From the IMG/VR virus record IMGVR_UViG_3300032204_000007: a DNA stretch of 44,269 nt; one strand, written 5' to 3'. Positions within the stretch are counted from its first letter, which is position 1. The number at the start of each line of letters is the position of its first letter. Under the pieces are notes generated by a model. It did no database searches, had not been told where the DNA came from, and saw nothing but the letters and a program-made list of their open reading frames with translations. Below, in pieces: positions 18,906 to 27,619 of this stretch. Source of the DNA: a virus. Both the position numbers and the translations under genes were made by a program.

Positions 18906-19768
18906 GCTTCACCCGCAAGCGCATCGATGTGACTATCTCGCTCGGCACCGGCACATTCGGCGAGACCGGCGCGAACACCGTCACCCTGACGGGATTGCGC
19001 GTGCACTCGATCATCCAGGCAACGTACGGCGATGCCATGCCGTCCGCACACGTACGCATCTTCGGGCTGCCGCTGACGATGCTCAACCAGCTCACTACCG
19101 TTGGCCTCATCAACTCCGGGGTGCGCCTGAGGAACTCGATGCTGCTGGCCGCCGGTGACGACGTGACCGGCCTGAGTACCGTCTATAGCGGCACGATCAA
19201 CGAGTCGTGGGCAAATCTGGAAGGCATGCCTGACTCGTGCCTGGAGATCATTGGCGTGGCCGGACTGGCGGCATCCCTGAAGCCTGTCGGTGCGCTGAGC
19301 GTTCAAGGGCAGGCCGATGTGGCGACGATCATGCAGTCGCTCGCCACGCAGATGGGTTTCGCCTTCGAGAACAACGGCGTGCAGGTGCAGCTCTCGAATC
19401 CGTACTTCCCGGGCACCGCGCTCGCGCAGGCCAAGGCGTGCGCGCGGGCCGCCGACATCTCCATGACAATCGACCGCGGCACTCTGGCCATCTGGCCGAA
19501 GTTTGGGTTCCGCGCAGATCCCGACGGGCCGCCGCTGATCTCCGCAGCAACCGGGATGCGCGGCTACCCGCGTTACTCGAGCAACGGCATCGAGGTATCG
19601 ACGCTGTTCAACCCGAGGATCAAGCCGGGCGGCCAGATTCGCGTCGAAAGCCAACTTCAGATGGCCTGCGGAACGTGGCTCGTTTCCAATGCGACGCACG
19701 TGCTGGAAAGCGAAACGCCAAACGGCCCATGGTTCACCGGTGTATTGGGGAGACCGCAAAGTGTCTGA
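18902..19768 (+). CDS. putative baseplate hub protein
   Basis: Assigned by position between the tape measure gene and the spike gene. ATGA coupling. Confidence 0.35.
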   Translation: MSFTRKRIDVTISLGTGTFGETGANTVTLTGLRVHSIIQATYGDAMPSAHVRIFGLPLTMLNQLTTVGLINSGVRLRNSMLLAAGDDVTGLSTVYSGTINESWANLEGMPDSCLEIIGVAGLAASLKPVGALSVQGQADVATIMQSLATQMGFAFENNGVQVQLSNPYFPGTALAQAKACARAADISMTIDRGTLAIWPKFGFRADPDGPPLISAATGMRGYPRYSSNGIEVSTLFNPRIKPGGQIRVESQLQMACGTWLVSNATHVLESETPNGPWFTGVLGRPQSV

Positions 19769-20531
19769 TACCCAAGACAACGCATATCTCGGGGCGGCCA
19801 GCCAGGCGACGGGCGGCGACGACACCAACCTGCAGGCCTTCCTGATCTGGCAGATTCTTCGCTCGATCAGCGGTGCAAAGCTCGTGAAGGTGATGGCCGT
19901 GACGAACAACGGTGGTGTGAGTCCGGTCGGCTTCGTCGACGTGCAGCCACTGGTCAACCAGCTCGACGGCTGGAACAATGCGACCCCCCATGGGACCGTC
20001 TACCACCTGCCATATTTCCGACTCCAGGGCGGCACCAACGCGGTCATCATCGACCCGCAGGTCGGCGACATCGGTGTGGCCGTGGTCGAGGATCGCGACA
20101 TCTCGTCGGTGAAGGCGACCACCGCGCAGGCAAACCCGGGTTCGAAACGCATCTTCGACATCGCCGACGGGCTGTATATGGGTGGCTTTCTGAACGGCGC
20201 GCCGACGCAGTACATCCAGTTCAGCTCCACCGGTATCGCGCTCGTTTCGCCTACGAAAATCTCGCATTCGGCGCCGATTGTCGAGATCAACGCAAGCACG
20301 TCCTTCAAAGTGAACTCGCCGCAGTCGACGTTCAGCGCTGCGGTCACGATCGACGGGCTGCTCACCTTCCTGGGCGGCATGGTCGGCAGCGCGGTGTCCG
20401 GTGCAGCAGCAACCATCACAGGCATCTTCAACTTCGTCGGCCAGGTCTTCGCGAACGGCAAGCGCATTGATGACACCCACACGCACAACGGCGTACAGCC
20501 GGGTAGCGGCAACAGCGGGAACGTGAACTGA
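19761..20531 (+). CDS. baseplate central spike protein (gpV / Mu gp45-like)
   Basis: A GTG start overlaps the upstream stop. It has an OB-like N-terminal region (VGFVDVQPLV...PQVGDIGVAVVEDRD) and a C-terminal HTHNGVQPGSGNSG motif. Confidence 0.6.
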   Translation: MSDTQDNAYLGAASQATGGDDTNLQAFLIWQILRSISGAKLVKVMAVTNNGGVSPVGFVDVQPLVNQLDGWNNATPHGTVYHLPYFRLQGGTNAVIIDPQVGDIGVAVVEDRDISSVKATTAQANPGSKRIFDIADGLYMGGFLNGAPTQYIQFSSTGIALVSPTKISHSAPIVEINASTSFKVNSPQSTFSAAVTIDGLLTFLGGMVGSAVSGAAATITGIFNFVGQVFANGKRIDDTHTHNGVQPGSGNSGNVN

Positions 20532-20884
20532 TGGCCTCGACCCTTCTTCTCGATCGCACCCTTTGGGATCTCTGCCTGGATTCCAGCGGCAACATCGCCT
20601 TGGCAGAGGAGCCCTACGCCGTTGCCCAGGACGTTGCCAGCGCCATTCGCACGTTCCTGGGCGAATGCTGGTTCAACACCGAGGATGGTGTCCCGTACTG
20701 GACTGACATTCTCGGCCAGCGGCCACCGCTGCAGCTCGTCAAATCCGAGATCGTCGCTGCCGCGATGACTGTCGCCGGCGTGGTCGACGCGCAGTGCTTC
20801 ATCACCAGTTTCAGCGAGCGGGTGCTCACCGGGCAGGTGCAGGTGACCACCAGCGCCGGCATCACGTTGCCTATCGATTTCTGA
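20531..20884 (+). CDS. baseplate protein gpW / GP46-like
   Basis: 117 aa, positioned before the J-like gene. The sequence DLCLDSSGNIALAEEPYAVAQDVASAIRTFLGECWFNTEDGVPY is typical of gpW-like proteins. Confidence 0.6.
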   Translation: MASTLLLDRTLWDLCLDSSGNIALAEEPYAVAQDVASAIRTFLGECWFNTEDGVPYWTDILGQRPPLQLVKSEIVAAAMTVAGVVDAQCFITSFSERVLTGQVQVTTSAGITLPIDF

Positions 20885-20892
20885 GGTTCCAT

Positions 20893-22125
20893 ATGACCAA
20901 TCCCTCCTCCAGCGTGCCGCCGATCAACTGGGCTTCCACGGGGCCCGTCGTTCCCGCCGAGTCGGCCATCCTGGCCGGCGCGCTGGCGGATTCAAATGCC
21001 GCGTTCGGCGGGAACCTGAACACGACCAACGCCGACGGCACGCCGAACACCAAGACGCCGCAGGGGCAGATGGCATCGAGCCTGACCGCCATCATCGGTG
21101 CGAAGAACGACGACATGCTTCAGGTGGTGAACGGTGTGGACCCGGACACCTCTGACGGCCGCTTTCAGGATGCCATCGGCCGCATCTACTTCATCGAGCG
21201 CAATCCGGCGCAGCCGACCGCGTTGCAGATCGCCTGCGGCGGCCTGGTGGGCACACCGATCCCGATCGGCGCACGGATCGCAGATCAGAGCCAGAACATC
21301 TACGTGTGCACGCAGGCTGGCGTGATCCCGGCGAGCGGCACGATCACACTCGCGTTTGCCTGCACGGTGACGGGCCCAACCCCGGTGCCGGCGGCCAACC
21401 AGGTGACCATCAATCAGGCCATTCCAGGCTGGGACACCGTGAGCGTCGTCTCCGGCGTTGCGGGCAACGTGGTCGAGAGCAGAGCAGATTTCGAGTTCCG
21501 GCGCCGGCAGTCGGTCGCGCAGAACGCATCTGGGTCTGTGCCGGCCGTGCGCGGGCGAGTGCTCAATGTGTCCGGTGTGCTCGATGCCTACGTGACGGAC
21601 AACCCTCTGTCCACCTCGGTGACGATCGGCGGCGTCACCCTCGCGCCGAACTCGCTCTATGTGGGCGTCTACGGCGGCGCGGCGCAGGACATCGCCAACG
21701 CCATCTGGACGAAGAAATCGCCGGGTTGCAACTACAACGGCAATACGACCGTCACGGTGTATGACACTGACGGTTATCAGCAGCCTTATCCCCAATCTTC
21801 GGTTACTTATCAAACGCTCACGCCAACACCGATTCTCTATGCCGTTCAGGTGGCAAATAACCCGAATTTGCCATCGAATTATGTGCAATTGATTCAAAAC
21901 GCAATCATCAAAGCATTTACCGGCGCTGACAATGGATCGCGCGCGCGCTCCGGTACTACGTTGTTTGCTGGTCGCTACTACCCTGGTGTCATGGCCGTAG
22001 ACCCGTCGGTGGAGCTGCTGTCGATTCAACTCGGCATCGGCACTGCAAATGCCAATTCTGTTGTGATTGGAATCAATCAAACGCCTACAATAACGGCAGC
22101 CAATATTTCGGTCACCGCGGTTTAA
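20893..22125 (+). CDS. baseplate J-like protein
   Basis: Internal ATG of ORF 20794..22125. Size and position fit a J-like protein. Confidence 0.6.
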   Translation: MTNPSSSVPPINWASTGPVVPAESAILAGALADSNAAFGGNLNTTNADGTPNTKTPQGQMASSLTAIIGAKNDDMLQVVNGVDPDTSDGRFQDAIGRIYFIERNPAQPTALQIACGGLVGTPIPIGARIADQSQNIYVCTQAGVIPASGTITLAFACTVTGPTPVPAANQVTINQAIPGWDTVSVVSGVAGNVVESRADFEFRRRQSVAQNASGSVPAVRGRVLNVSGVLDAYVTDNPLSTSVTIGGVTLAPNSLYVGVYGGAAQDIANAIWTKKSPGCNYNGNTTVTVYDTDGYQQPYPQSSVTYQTLTPTPILYAVQVANNPNLPSNYVQLIQNAIIKAFTGADNGSRARSGTTLFAGRYYPGVMAVDPSVELLSIQLGIGTANANSVVIGINQTPTITAANISVTAV

Positions 22126-22773
22126 ATGCAAAACGTCGAGCAGACCATTCTTTCGCAGTATGCGAACAGTCCGACTCTCGTCCAGTTGGTTAAAAACATG
22201 GATGGCTATATCGACCCGAGCGCCGATATTGATGCCTTCTACAACCTGATTTGGAACGTGGACACGGCTGTAGGGATGGGGCTCGACATCTGGGGAAAGA
22301 TCGTCGGGCTGGAGAACGGCCGTAAGCTCATCATCCCGACGACAGAGGTCAACTTCGGCTTTGTCGAAGCCGGCGCCACCAGCGCTGAACCGTTCGACCA
22401 GGGTGTCTTCTACTCGGGCACCCCTGGCACGCAGACCTACGTGCTCCAGGATGCGCCATTCAAGGTGCTGATCCTCGCGAAGGCGATGGCGAACATCACG
22501 GATTGCTCGATCCCGAGCATCAACCAACTGCTGCGGAACCTGTTTTCCGGTCGTGGGCGCTGCTACGTGAACGATCTGGGAAACATGCAGATGCGTTACA
22601 CGTTCGAGTTCTATTTAGAACCGTGGGAAGTCGCAGTCGTTCAGCAGTCCGGAGTTCTGCCGCGTCCGACCGGAGTTCTTGCATCGATGGCGCAGGTTCC
22701 CATCCCGAACGTCTTCGGCTTTGCCGAAGCTGGCGCAAGCGCCGCTCCGTTCGATCAAGGCTCCTTCTACTGA
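22126..22773 (+). CDS. baseplate wedge protein (DUF2612, gpI-like)
   Basis: The N-terminus ILSQYANSPTLVQLVKNMDGYIDP...FYNLIWNVDTAVGMGLDIWGKIVG matches DUF2612 as I recall it. Confidence 0.6.
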   Translation: MQNVEQTILSQYANSPTLVQLVKNMDGYIDPSADIDAFYNLIWNVDTAVGMGLDIWGKIVGLENGRKLIIPTTEVNFGFVEAGATSAEPFDQGVFYSGTPGTQTYVLQDAPFKVLILAKAMANITDCSIPSINQLLRNLFSGRGRCYVNDLGNMQMRYTFEFYLEPWEVAVVQQSGVLPRPTGVLASMAQVPIPNVFGFAEAGASAAPFDQGSFY

Positions 22774-22783
22774 GGAAATTGAC

Positions 22784-24205
22784 ATGCAGTCGACCCAAAC
22801 ACCGACTCTAATCCCGTTGCCGTTCGCGTCGGCGGGCGGCAAGAACACCATCCCCGAGGCGTCGCAGCTTCCCGGCAATCCGGGGGGCGCCTCGTTCACG
22901 GACGGTTTCCCGCCGGCCACGCGCACGCCTCTCGTAGCCGGTGGCATCCCGCCTGCAGGTCTCGACATGAACGGGATTCTGTACATGATCACCCAGTCGA
23001 CGCGCTGGTCGCATGCTGGTGGTCTGTACGGCTTCAGCTCTTCGTTCGCAGCGGATACGAATGTCGGCGGCTACCCGAATGGCGCCGAGCTCATGAGCGC
23101 GGATCTGCAGGGCACGTGGATCAGCAATACCGACAACAACACTGACAACCCGGATACAGGTCCCGGCACGAAGTGGGTGCCCGGCCGCGCATATGGCGTC
23201 ACGGCTCTCTCTGGTTTGACGAATGCCAATGTGACGCTCACGCCCGCGCAGGCTGCCAAGAACAAGATCACGCTTGCGGGGGCACTCACGGGCAACATCC
23301 AGATCATCGTGCCGGCGTGGATTCGAGAATGGTCGTTCGTGAACAACACGACCGGCAATTTCACGATCACGGTCAAGACCGCCAGCGGTACCGGCGTGGT
23401 TCTCGCCGCGGGGCAACAGAAGATCACCGGAGATGGCACGAACATCTTGCAGCCGGCCGAGAGCGTGGCGACTGCCACGTTACCAACGCATGCGATGCAG
23501 TTTGGGCAGGCGACGGGTCGGCTGCTACGGACGACCGTCTATGCAATCGTCAGTGGCCAGCAGCAAATTTCTGTGAACGGCGGTCCCTTCACGACTACCA
23601 GCGCAACCTCATACTCATCGCTGGCAAATTGTGCATTTGTAGAGGTGGAAGGCATTGGTGGTGGTGGCGCCGGAGGCGGTAACGCTGCAACCAGCTCAAC
23701 AGCAGTTTCTGCAGGATCGGGAGGCGCGTCTGGCTCATGGGCAAAATCTAGGGTTGCAGGCCCGCTTACGTCGGTCGCCGTGACGATCGGCTTGGGCGGT
23801 ACAGGAAACTCTGCTGCGGGAGGTAACTCTGGAGGCGCTACTAGCCTAGGTGCGCTGCTCACCTGTCCAGGCGGCGGCGGCGGCGGAGCTGCCTCCATCA
23901 GCACTTCGGTGCCCGTATCATCTGCAAATCAGGGCGCTCCGGGAGCCATGCCAACCGGGACTGGGCTGCTGTACGCGACGAGCGGGCAGCCGGGGACGAA
24001 TGGCCTAATGTTTGGAACAAGTTCCGCCGCGCTCTCAGGTCAAGGGGCACCCTCCCCGTACGGGGCAGGTGGCCCAAATGGCCTTGGCAGTCCTGGTATC
24101 GGCTATGGCTCCGGAGGCAGCGGCGCAGGTGTTGGACCAAGCCAAGCCGCAAATGCAGGAGGAAAGGGGGGAGATGGGTTTCTCATGATTCGGGAGTACG
24201 CATAA
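22784..24205 (+). CDS. tail fibre protein with a C-terminal glycine-rich domain
   Basis: Internal ATG of ORF 22679..24205 with RBS gaggaa. The conserved N-terminus is IPLPFASAGGKNTIP...GGIPPAGLDMNGILY. The C-terminus carries GGGGAGGG...GGGGGG...GGKGGDGFLMIREYA. Confidence 0.75.
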   Translation: MQSTQTPTLIPLPFASAGGKNTIPEASQLPGNPGGASFTDGFPPATRTPLVAGGIPPAGLDMNGILYMITQSTRWSHAGGLYGFSSSFAADTNVGGYPNGAELMSADLQGTWISNTDNNTDNPDTGPGTKWVPGRAYGVTALSGLTNANVTLTPAQAAKNKITLAGALTGNIQIIVPAWIREWSFVNNTTGNFTITVKTASGTGVVLAAGQQKITGDGTNILQPAESVATATLPTHAMQFGQATGRLLRTTVYAIVSGQQQISVNGGPFTTTSATSYSSLANCAFVEVEGIGGGGAGGGNAATSSTAVSAGSGGASGSWAKSRVAGPLTSVAVTIGLGGTGNSAAGGNSGGATSLGALLTCPGGGGGGAASISTSVPVSSANQGAPGAMPTGTGLLYATSGQPGTNGLMFGTSSAALSGQGAPSPYGAGGPNGLGSPGIGYGSGGSGAGVGPSQAANAGGKGGDGFLMIREYA

Positions 24206-24411
24206 TGGCCATCTACGCTTACATCTATGACGGTCTGGTGTGGGAAATCATCGAACCAATGTTTGATGCCGACGGTACCGAGATACCACTCTCTCAGCGC
24301 TACACCCAAGCGTTTGCGTCCGCGTGCGTAGACATCACCCATGTGGACCCGCAACCTGTGCCTGGATGGCTATATGTGAAGGGAAAATTTACCCCGTCCA
24401 CTGCCGCCTGA
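24205..24411 (+). CDS. hypothetical protein (possible tail fibre assembly/chaperone)
   Basis: Listed 68-aa ORF whose start overlaps the tail fibre stop (TAATG). Confidence 0.4.
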   Translation: MAIYAYIYDGLVWEIIEPMFDADGTEIPLSQRYTQAFASACVDITHVDPQPVPGWLYVKGKFTPSTAA

Positions 24412-24455
24412 TTTCCTGCCTCTCAGGCCATTTGGCGGCTTCGTCGACTTTGGTG

Positions 24456-24488
24456 ATAACCTCTCGCGATAATCATTGCGAGGGTTAT
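24456..24488 (+). promoter_or_regulatory. imperfect hairpin covering the RBS of the methyltransferase moron
   Basis: ATAACCTCTCGC-gataatcatt-GCGAGGGTTAT. The 3' arm contains GAGGG, the only Shine-Dalgarno candidate, a few nt upstream of ATG 24491. Confidence 0.4.
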
Positions 24489-24490
24489 AG

Positions 24491-25534
24491 ATGGATCGAC
24501 AAGGCGTGATGCAACGCTTTCTCTCGAAGGAGATGCGAGGCATCGAGATTGGGGCACTCTACAATCCGACCGTTCCTAAGGAGGATGGGTGGAATGTCAT
24601 TTCTGTCGACCATGACACCATGGAAGGCTTGCTTGTTGCATACGCAGGTAACCCTTACGTATCAGCAGGGAGCCTTCAGCCTGTCGATGTCGTTTGGAAT
24701 CACGGTCTGCTGAGCGCAGCGCTGAAAAATGGCGGCTACGCTGTGGGCTGCTTCGACTATATCGTCGCCAGTCACGTTATTGAGCACTTCCCAGACTTGC
24801 TCGGCACCCTCATGGATTTTGAAAAAATCTTGGCAGAGGGTGGCGTACTTTCACTGGCAGTTCCTGACCAGCGATATTGCTTCGATTTTTTCATGCCATG
24901 GTCGAGCACGGCTGACCTCTTGATGGCTTATGGGGAGGCACGCTCAAGACACACCAAGGCCAGTTTTTTTCGGATGGCGGCATACAACGCAGTTGGAATT
25001 GTCAATCACGGACACCGTGACGAGCTTGTGAGCGCCCAAGATATTGGGCTTCAATCGGACCTGCATCACGCATACGCGCGATTTTGCACACACGATGAAT
25101 CTACGGACGCCGGTTACGTCGATAACCACACGTGGTATTTTACGCCCTCGACGTTTGAGCTTGTCATGCTTGAACTGCGCGCGCTTGGCCTACTTAGCCT
25201 TGAAGTTGAAATGGTCGAGCGCGGCCCGTGGGGAGAGTTCCTGGTTTGCATGCGCAAGTCGTCTGAGCCGCTCCCGCTGACAGCGGAAGAACTCAATGCG
25301 CGCCGCCTTGGCCTTCTCAAACAGTCTGTCCGCGAGTTGGCGCATCGTGCGCAGATGCTGGACCGCGGCCAGCAGGAGGCGGCCAACGTTAACGATAGCT
25401 TGCACGCTGCGCAGCAAGAACGAATCGCACACCTCGAAGCCGCACTATCGAAGGTCCATAAGTCGACGAGCTGGCGTGTGACATGGCCGATACGAGCGCT
25501 GAAAAGCGCTTGGTTGAGAACTAAGCGAAGTTAA
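24491..25534 (+). CDS. class I SAM-dependent methyltransferase-like protein with a C-terminal coiled coil (moron)
   Basis: The sequence FDYIVASHVIEHFPDLLGTLMDFEKILAEGGVLSLAVPD is typical of Methyltransf_11/23-like proteins. The C-terminal STSWRVTWPIRALK motif is one I associate with surface-polysaccharide cluster enzymes. GC is visibly lower than in the flanks. Confidence 0.65.
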   Translation: MDRQGVMQRFLSKEMRGIEIGALYNPTVPKEDGWNVISVDHDTMEGLLVAYAGNPYVSAGSLQPVDVVWNHGLLSAALKNGGYAVGCFDYIVASHVIEHFPDLLGTLMDFEKILAEGGVLSLAVPDQRYCFDFFMPWSSTADLLMAYGEARSRHTKASFFRMAAYNAVGIVNHGHRDELVSAQDIGLQSDLHHAYARFCTHDESTDAGYVDNHTWYFTPSTFELVMLELRALGLLSLEVEMVERGPWGEFLVCMRKSSEPLPLTAEELNARRLGLLKQSVRELAHRAQMLDRGQQEAANVNDSLHAAQQERIAHLEAALSKVHKSTSWRVTWPIRALKSAWLRTKRS

Positions 25535-25548
25535 TCGAAAGCATCAGT

Positions 25549-25571
25549 AGCCACCTTCGGGTGGCTTTTTC
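25549..25571 (+). terminator. rho-independent terminator
   Basis: AGCCACC-ttcg-GGTGGCT followed by TTTTT, 15 nt after the methyltransferase stop. Confidence 0.8.
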
Positions 25572-25765
25572 ATTTCTGGGTAGCGGGCGCCGCGGCTTTC
25601 AAAGCCTTGGGCACCCCGGCCGCCGTGGCGGCTGACGCAAGAGGGCTCTCTGCGAGCTTGGCGGGATAGCCAGGCTCATCCGGGGGAAATTGCAACCACT
25701 TCAAAACAATCCTTTCTTCTATAATCTGATCACTGTTTTTTTAAATTAAATTGAGTGATATAAAT

Positions 25766-25794
25766 TGGACTTGCATATAAATCACCATGTAATC
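25766..25794 (+). promoter_or_regulatory. candidate sigma70-like promoter for the lysis cassette
   Basis: TTGGAC-N17-TGTAAT lies in an AT-rich intergenic tract. An ATCACT/AGTGAT inverted repeat lies just upstream (about 25731-25764). Confidence 0.25.
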
Positions 25795-25900
25795 CAATTT
25801 ATTGGCGAGTAATGACGAAAAATCCATTGATACGGTCATTCCACTCGTTGCCTTCAAGGCGAGATTCGGTCAACCCCGGGGGCAACCAGTGAGTGAAGAA

Positions 25901-26272
25901 ATGGCAACCGACGCCGCTGTGCAGGTGCTCACCGAGCGCGTCAGCAACGCGATCGATGACCTGAAGGAAATGAAGGGCCAGTTGACCTCGGTCAGCCAGA
26001 GCATCGTGATGATGGCCTCGCTGCAGGAACGCGTGAACACGCTCGACAGCAAGACGAACCGGCTCTTTGACGTGAGCGATGCGACCAAAAGCGAGGTGGA
26101 TCGCCTGAGTTCGCAGATGCACGTGCACAGCCGGATGTGGAAGATCGTCGGCACCGGCCTTCTGGGCTGCCTCGGCCTGATCGGCTGGGCGGGTTCTCAG
26201 TATCAGACCTTCCGCGAAATGGCCACGCGCATCGCGGTGCTGGAGCACACGGTGCAGGAGCGCACGAAATGA
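25901..26272 (+). CDS. membrane protein of the lysis cassette (coiled coil plus one C-terminal TM; holin/antiholin-like)
   Basis: ATG 25901 lies inside listed ORF 25802..26272, whose own start is TTG. The C-terminal TM is MWKIVGTGLLGCLGLIGWAG. ATGA coupling to the next gene. Confidence 0.5.
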   Translation: MATDAAVQVLTERVSNAIDDLKEMKGQLTSVSQSIVMMASLQERVNTLDSKTNRLFDVSDATKSEVDRLSSQMHVHSRMWKIVGTGLLGCLGLIGWAGSQYQTFREMATRIAVLEHTVQERTK

Positions 26273-26496
26273 CGATGATCGATGGATGGCGCCGGTGCTA
26301 TCGCCTGTACTCGCAGCAGATCAATGCGGCCGGCATCGCGATGTCGGCAACCTATGCCGTGATGTATGAGCAGATCCGCGACGTGCTGCCGGCTCGGTAT
26401 CTTGCGATCCTGACCGGTGTCATCTTCGTTGGTGGCTTCGTGGCGCGCCTCATCAAGCAGGAGCCGAAACGTGCTCGCACCAAAACGTCCGAGTAA
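26269..26496 (+). CDS. putative (pin)holin, two TM segments
   Basis: 75 aa with hydrophobic stretches AAGIAMSATYAVMY and YLAILTGVIFVGGFVARLI, and a basic C-terminus. It lies immediately upstream of, and overlaps, the endolysin gene. Confidence 0.55.
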   Translation: MTMIDGWRRCYRLYSQQINAAGIAMSATYAVMYEQIRDVLPARYLAILTGVIFVGGFVARLIKQEPKRARTKTSE

Positions 26497-26956
26497 ATCG
26501 CTCGCCGCCATCGTGGGCGCCGCGGCTGCGGCCGGCCTGCTGGCCCTGGTGCCGAAGTTCGAGGGCACGAAGCTCACCACCTACCGCGACCCGATCGGCG
26601 TGCTGACCTACTGCACCGGTGCGACCGAGGATGCTGCATGGGGCAAGACCTACTCGCCGGCCGAGTGCCGCGAGCAGCTCGATCGCGATCTGGCACGCCA
26701 CGCCGAGGGCTTGATGGCCTGCATCAAGGCACCGATGACTGCCGGCCAGAAGGTTGCATTCGTGGATCTGGCCTACAACGTGGGCGTGGGCGCAGTGTGC
26801 AACAGTACGCTCGCGCGCAAAGCCAACGCGGGAGACATGGCCGGCGCTTGCGCCGAGCTGTCGAAGTGGACACGTGCCGGTGGCCAGGTGCTGCCCGGTC
26901 TCGTGCGCCGTCGGCAGGCCGAGCGCGACCTGTGCGAGGGGAGGGCCAAGGCATGA
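26471..26956 (+). CDS. SAR endolysin (GH24 lysozyme, P21 R-like)
   Basis: GTG start. The N-terminal weakly hydrophobic Gly/Ala-rich segment SLAAIVGAAAAAGLLALV is followed by the catalytic E-8aa-D-5aa-T pattern (FEG...YRDPIGVLTYCTG). Confidence 0.85.
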   Translation: MLAPKRPSKSLAAIVGAAAAAGLLALVPKFEGTKLTTYRDPIGVLTYCTGATEDAAWGKTYSPAECREQLDRDLARHAEGLMACIKAPMTAGQKVAFVDLAYNVGVGAVCNSTLARKANAGDMAGACAELSKWTRAGGQVLPGLVRRRQAERDLCEGRAKA

Positions 26957-27486
26957 ACATCGACTGGATCAAATGGGGCGGCATCGGCGCCGTTGTGCTG
27001 GGCATCGCCCTGGCCGTGTACGGAGGCCTGCATCACCTCTACAAGTCCGGCTATGCGGCGGGCGCTGCGCACGTGCAGCAGCAATTCGATGAGGCCAAGG
27101 ATGCGGCCGAGAAACAGCGGCTTGCCGACGTGCAGGCCGCCCGCGCCGAGGAACAGCGGCGCACCCAAGCCCAAGCGGAGATCGCCAATGAAGCCACGAA
27201 ACAAGCTGCGGCTGCTGCCGCTGATGCTGTTGCTGCCGGCGCTGCTGCTGACAGCCTGCGCGCACGAGTCGCCCGACTTGTCGCCGCCGCCCGAGCATCC
27301 AGCCATCCCGCCACTGCCGGCGCAGGCCCGGGTCAGCCTGGTGGCGACCCCCTCGATGTGCTCGTCGACGTGCTCAGCCGGACTGACGGCGCTGCGGGGC
27401 AGCTTGGCGATTACGCCGACCGACTCAGGGTCGCCGGGCTCGCTTGCGAACGGTCATACGACGCCCTGACCACGGCGAAACGCTGA
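26953..27486 (+). CDS. Rz: i-spanin (Rz-like, DUF2514-like)
   Basis: ATG overlaps the endolysin stop. It has the N-terminal TM IGAVVLGIALAVYGGL and then a coiled coil rich in A/E/Q/R. Confidence 0.75.
   Translation: MNIDWIKWGGIGAVVLGIALAVYGGLHHLYKSGYAAGAAHVQQQFDEAKDAAEKQRLADVQAARAEEQRRTQAQAEIANEATKQAAAAAADAVAAGAAADSLRARVARLVAAARASSHPATAGAGPGQPGGDPLDVLVDVLSRTDGAAGQLGDYADRLRVAGLACERSYDALTTAKR
27188..27469 (+). CDS. Rz1: o-spanin lipoprotein embedded in the +1 frame of Rz (Rz1-like)
   Basis: MKPRNKLRLLPLMLLLPALLLTAC has a lipobox (L-T-A-C), followed by a Pro-rich mature part. It lies entirely inside the Rz ORF. Confidence 0.75.
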   Translation: MKPRNKLRLLPLMLLLPALLLTACAHESPDLSPPPEHPAIPPLPAQARVSLVATPSMCSSTCSAGLTALRGSLAITPTDSGSPGSLANGHTTP

Positions 27487-27533
27487 GCGATCCATCCATC
27501 GTTTGCGGAAAAGCCACCAGATTGCGGAAAAGC

Positions 27534-27565
27534 AAAAGGCCCGACAGTTGCCTGTCGGGCCTTTT
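27534..27565. terminator. bidirectional rho-independent terminator
   Basis: AAAA-GGCCCGACAG-ttgc-CTGTCGGGCC-TTTT, between the lysis cassette and attP. Confidence 0.8.
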
Positions 27566-27571
27566 AAAACC

Positions 27572-27619
27572 TGGTGGGGCGTGAGTGACTCGAACACTCG
27601 ACCTACGGATTAAGAGTCC
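27572..27619 (-). other. attP core: 3' portion of a tRNA-Lys(CUU) gene (anticodon loop to CCA end)
   Basis: The reverse complement reads GGACTCTTAATCCGTAGGTCGAGTGTTCGAGTCACTCACGCCCCACCA. That covers an anticodon loop CTCTTAA, the T-arm GGTTCGAGTC-like sequence and the acceptor 3' strand plus CCA. No D-arm or 5' acceptor follows. Confidence 0.75.

Noticed and set aside
22784-24205. The tail fibre, or the Gly/Thr-rich sheath insert at 13640-13860, as a DGR target.
   Set aside because: I found no stretch resembling the TR (…TGGTACCAGAACTTCAACAACGGC… or its GC-rich 3' block) in these genes. The Gly-rich repeats are low-complexity coding sequence.
25802-25900. The TTG start at 25802 for the first lysis-cassette gene.
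   Set aside because: It lies within the AT-rich promoter-like spacer with no SD sequence. The ATG at 25901 is more plausible, but the longer form cannot be excluded.
26638-26952. The long upstream extension of the Rz ORF (listed 26638..27486).
   Set aside because: The extension overlaps the endolysin in another frame. ATG 26953 overlaps the endolysin stop and is immediately followed by the TM segment expected of an i-spanin.
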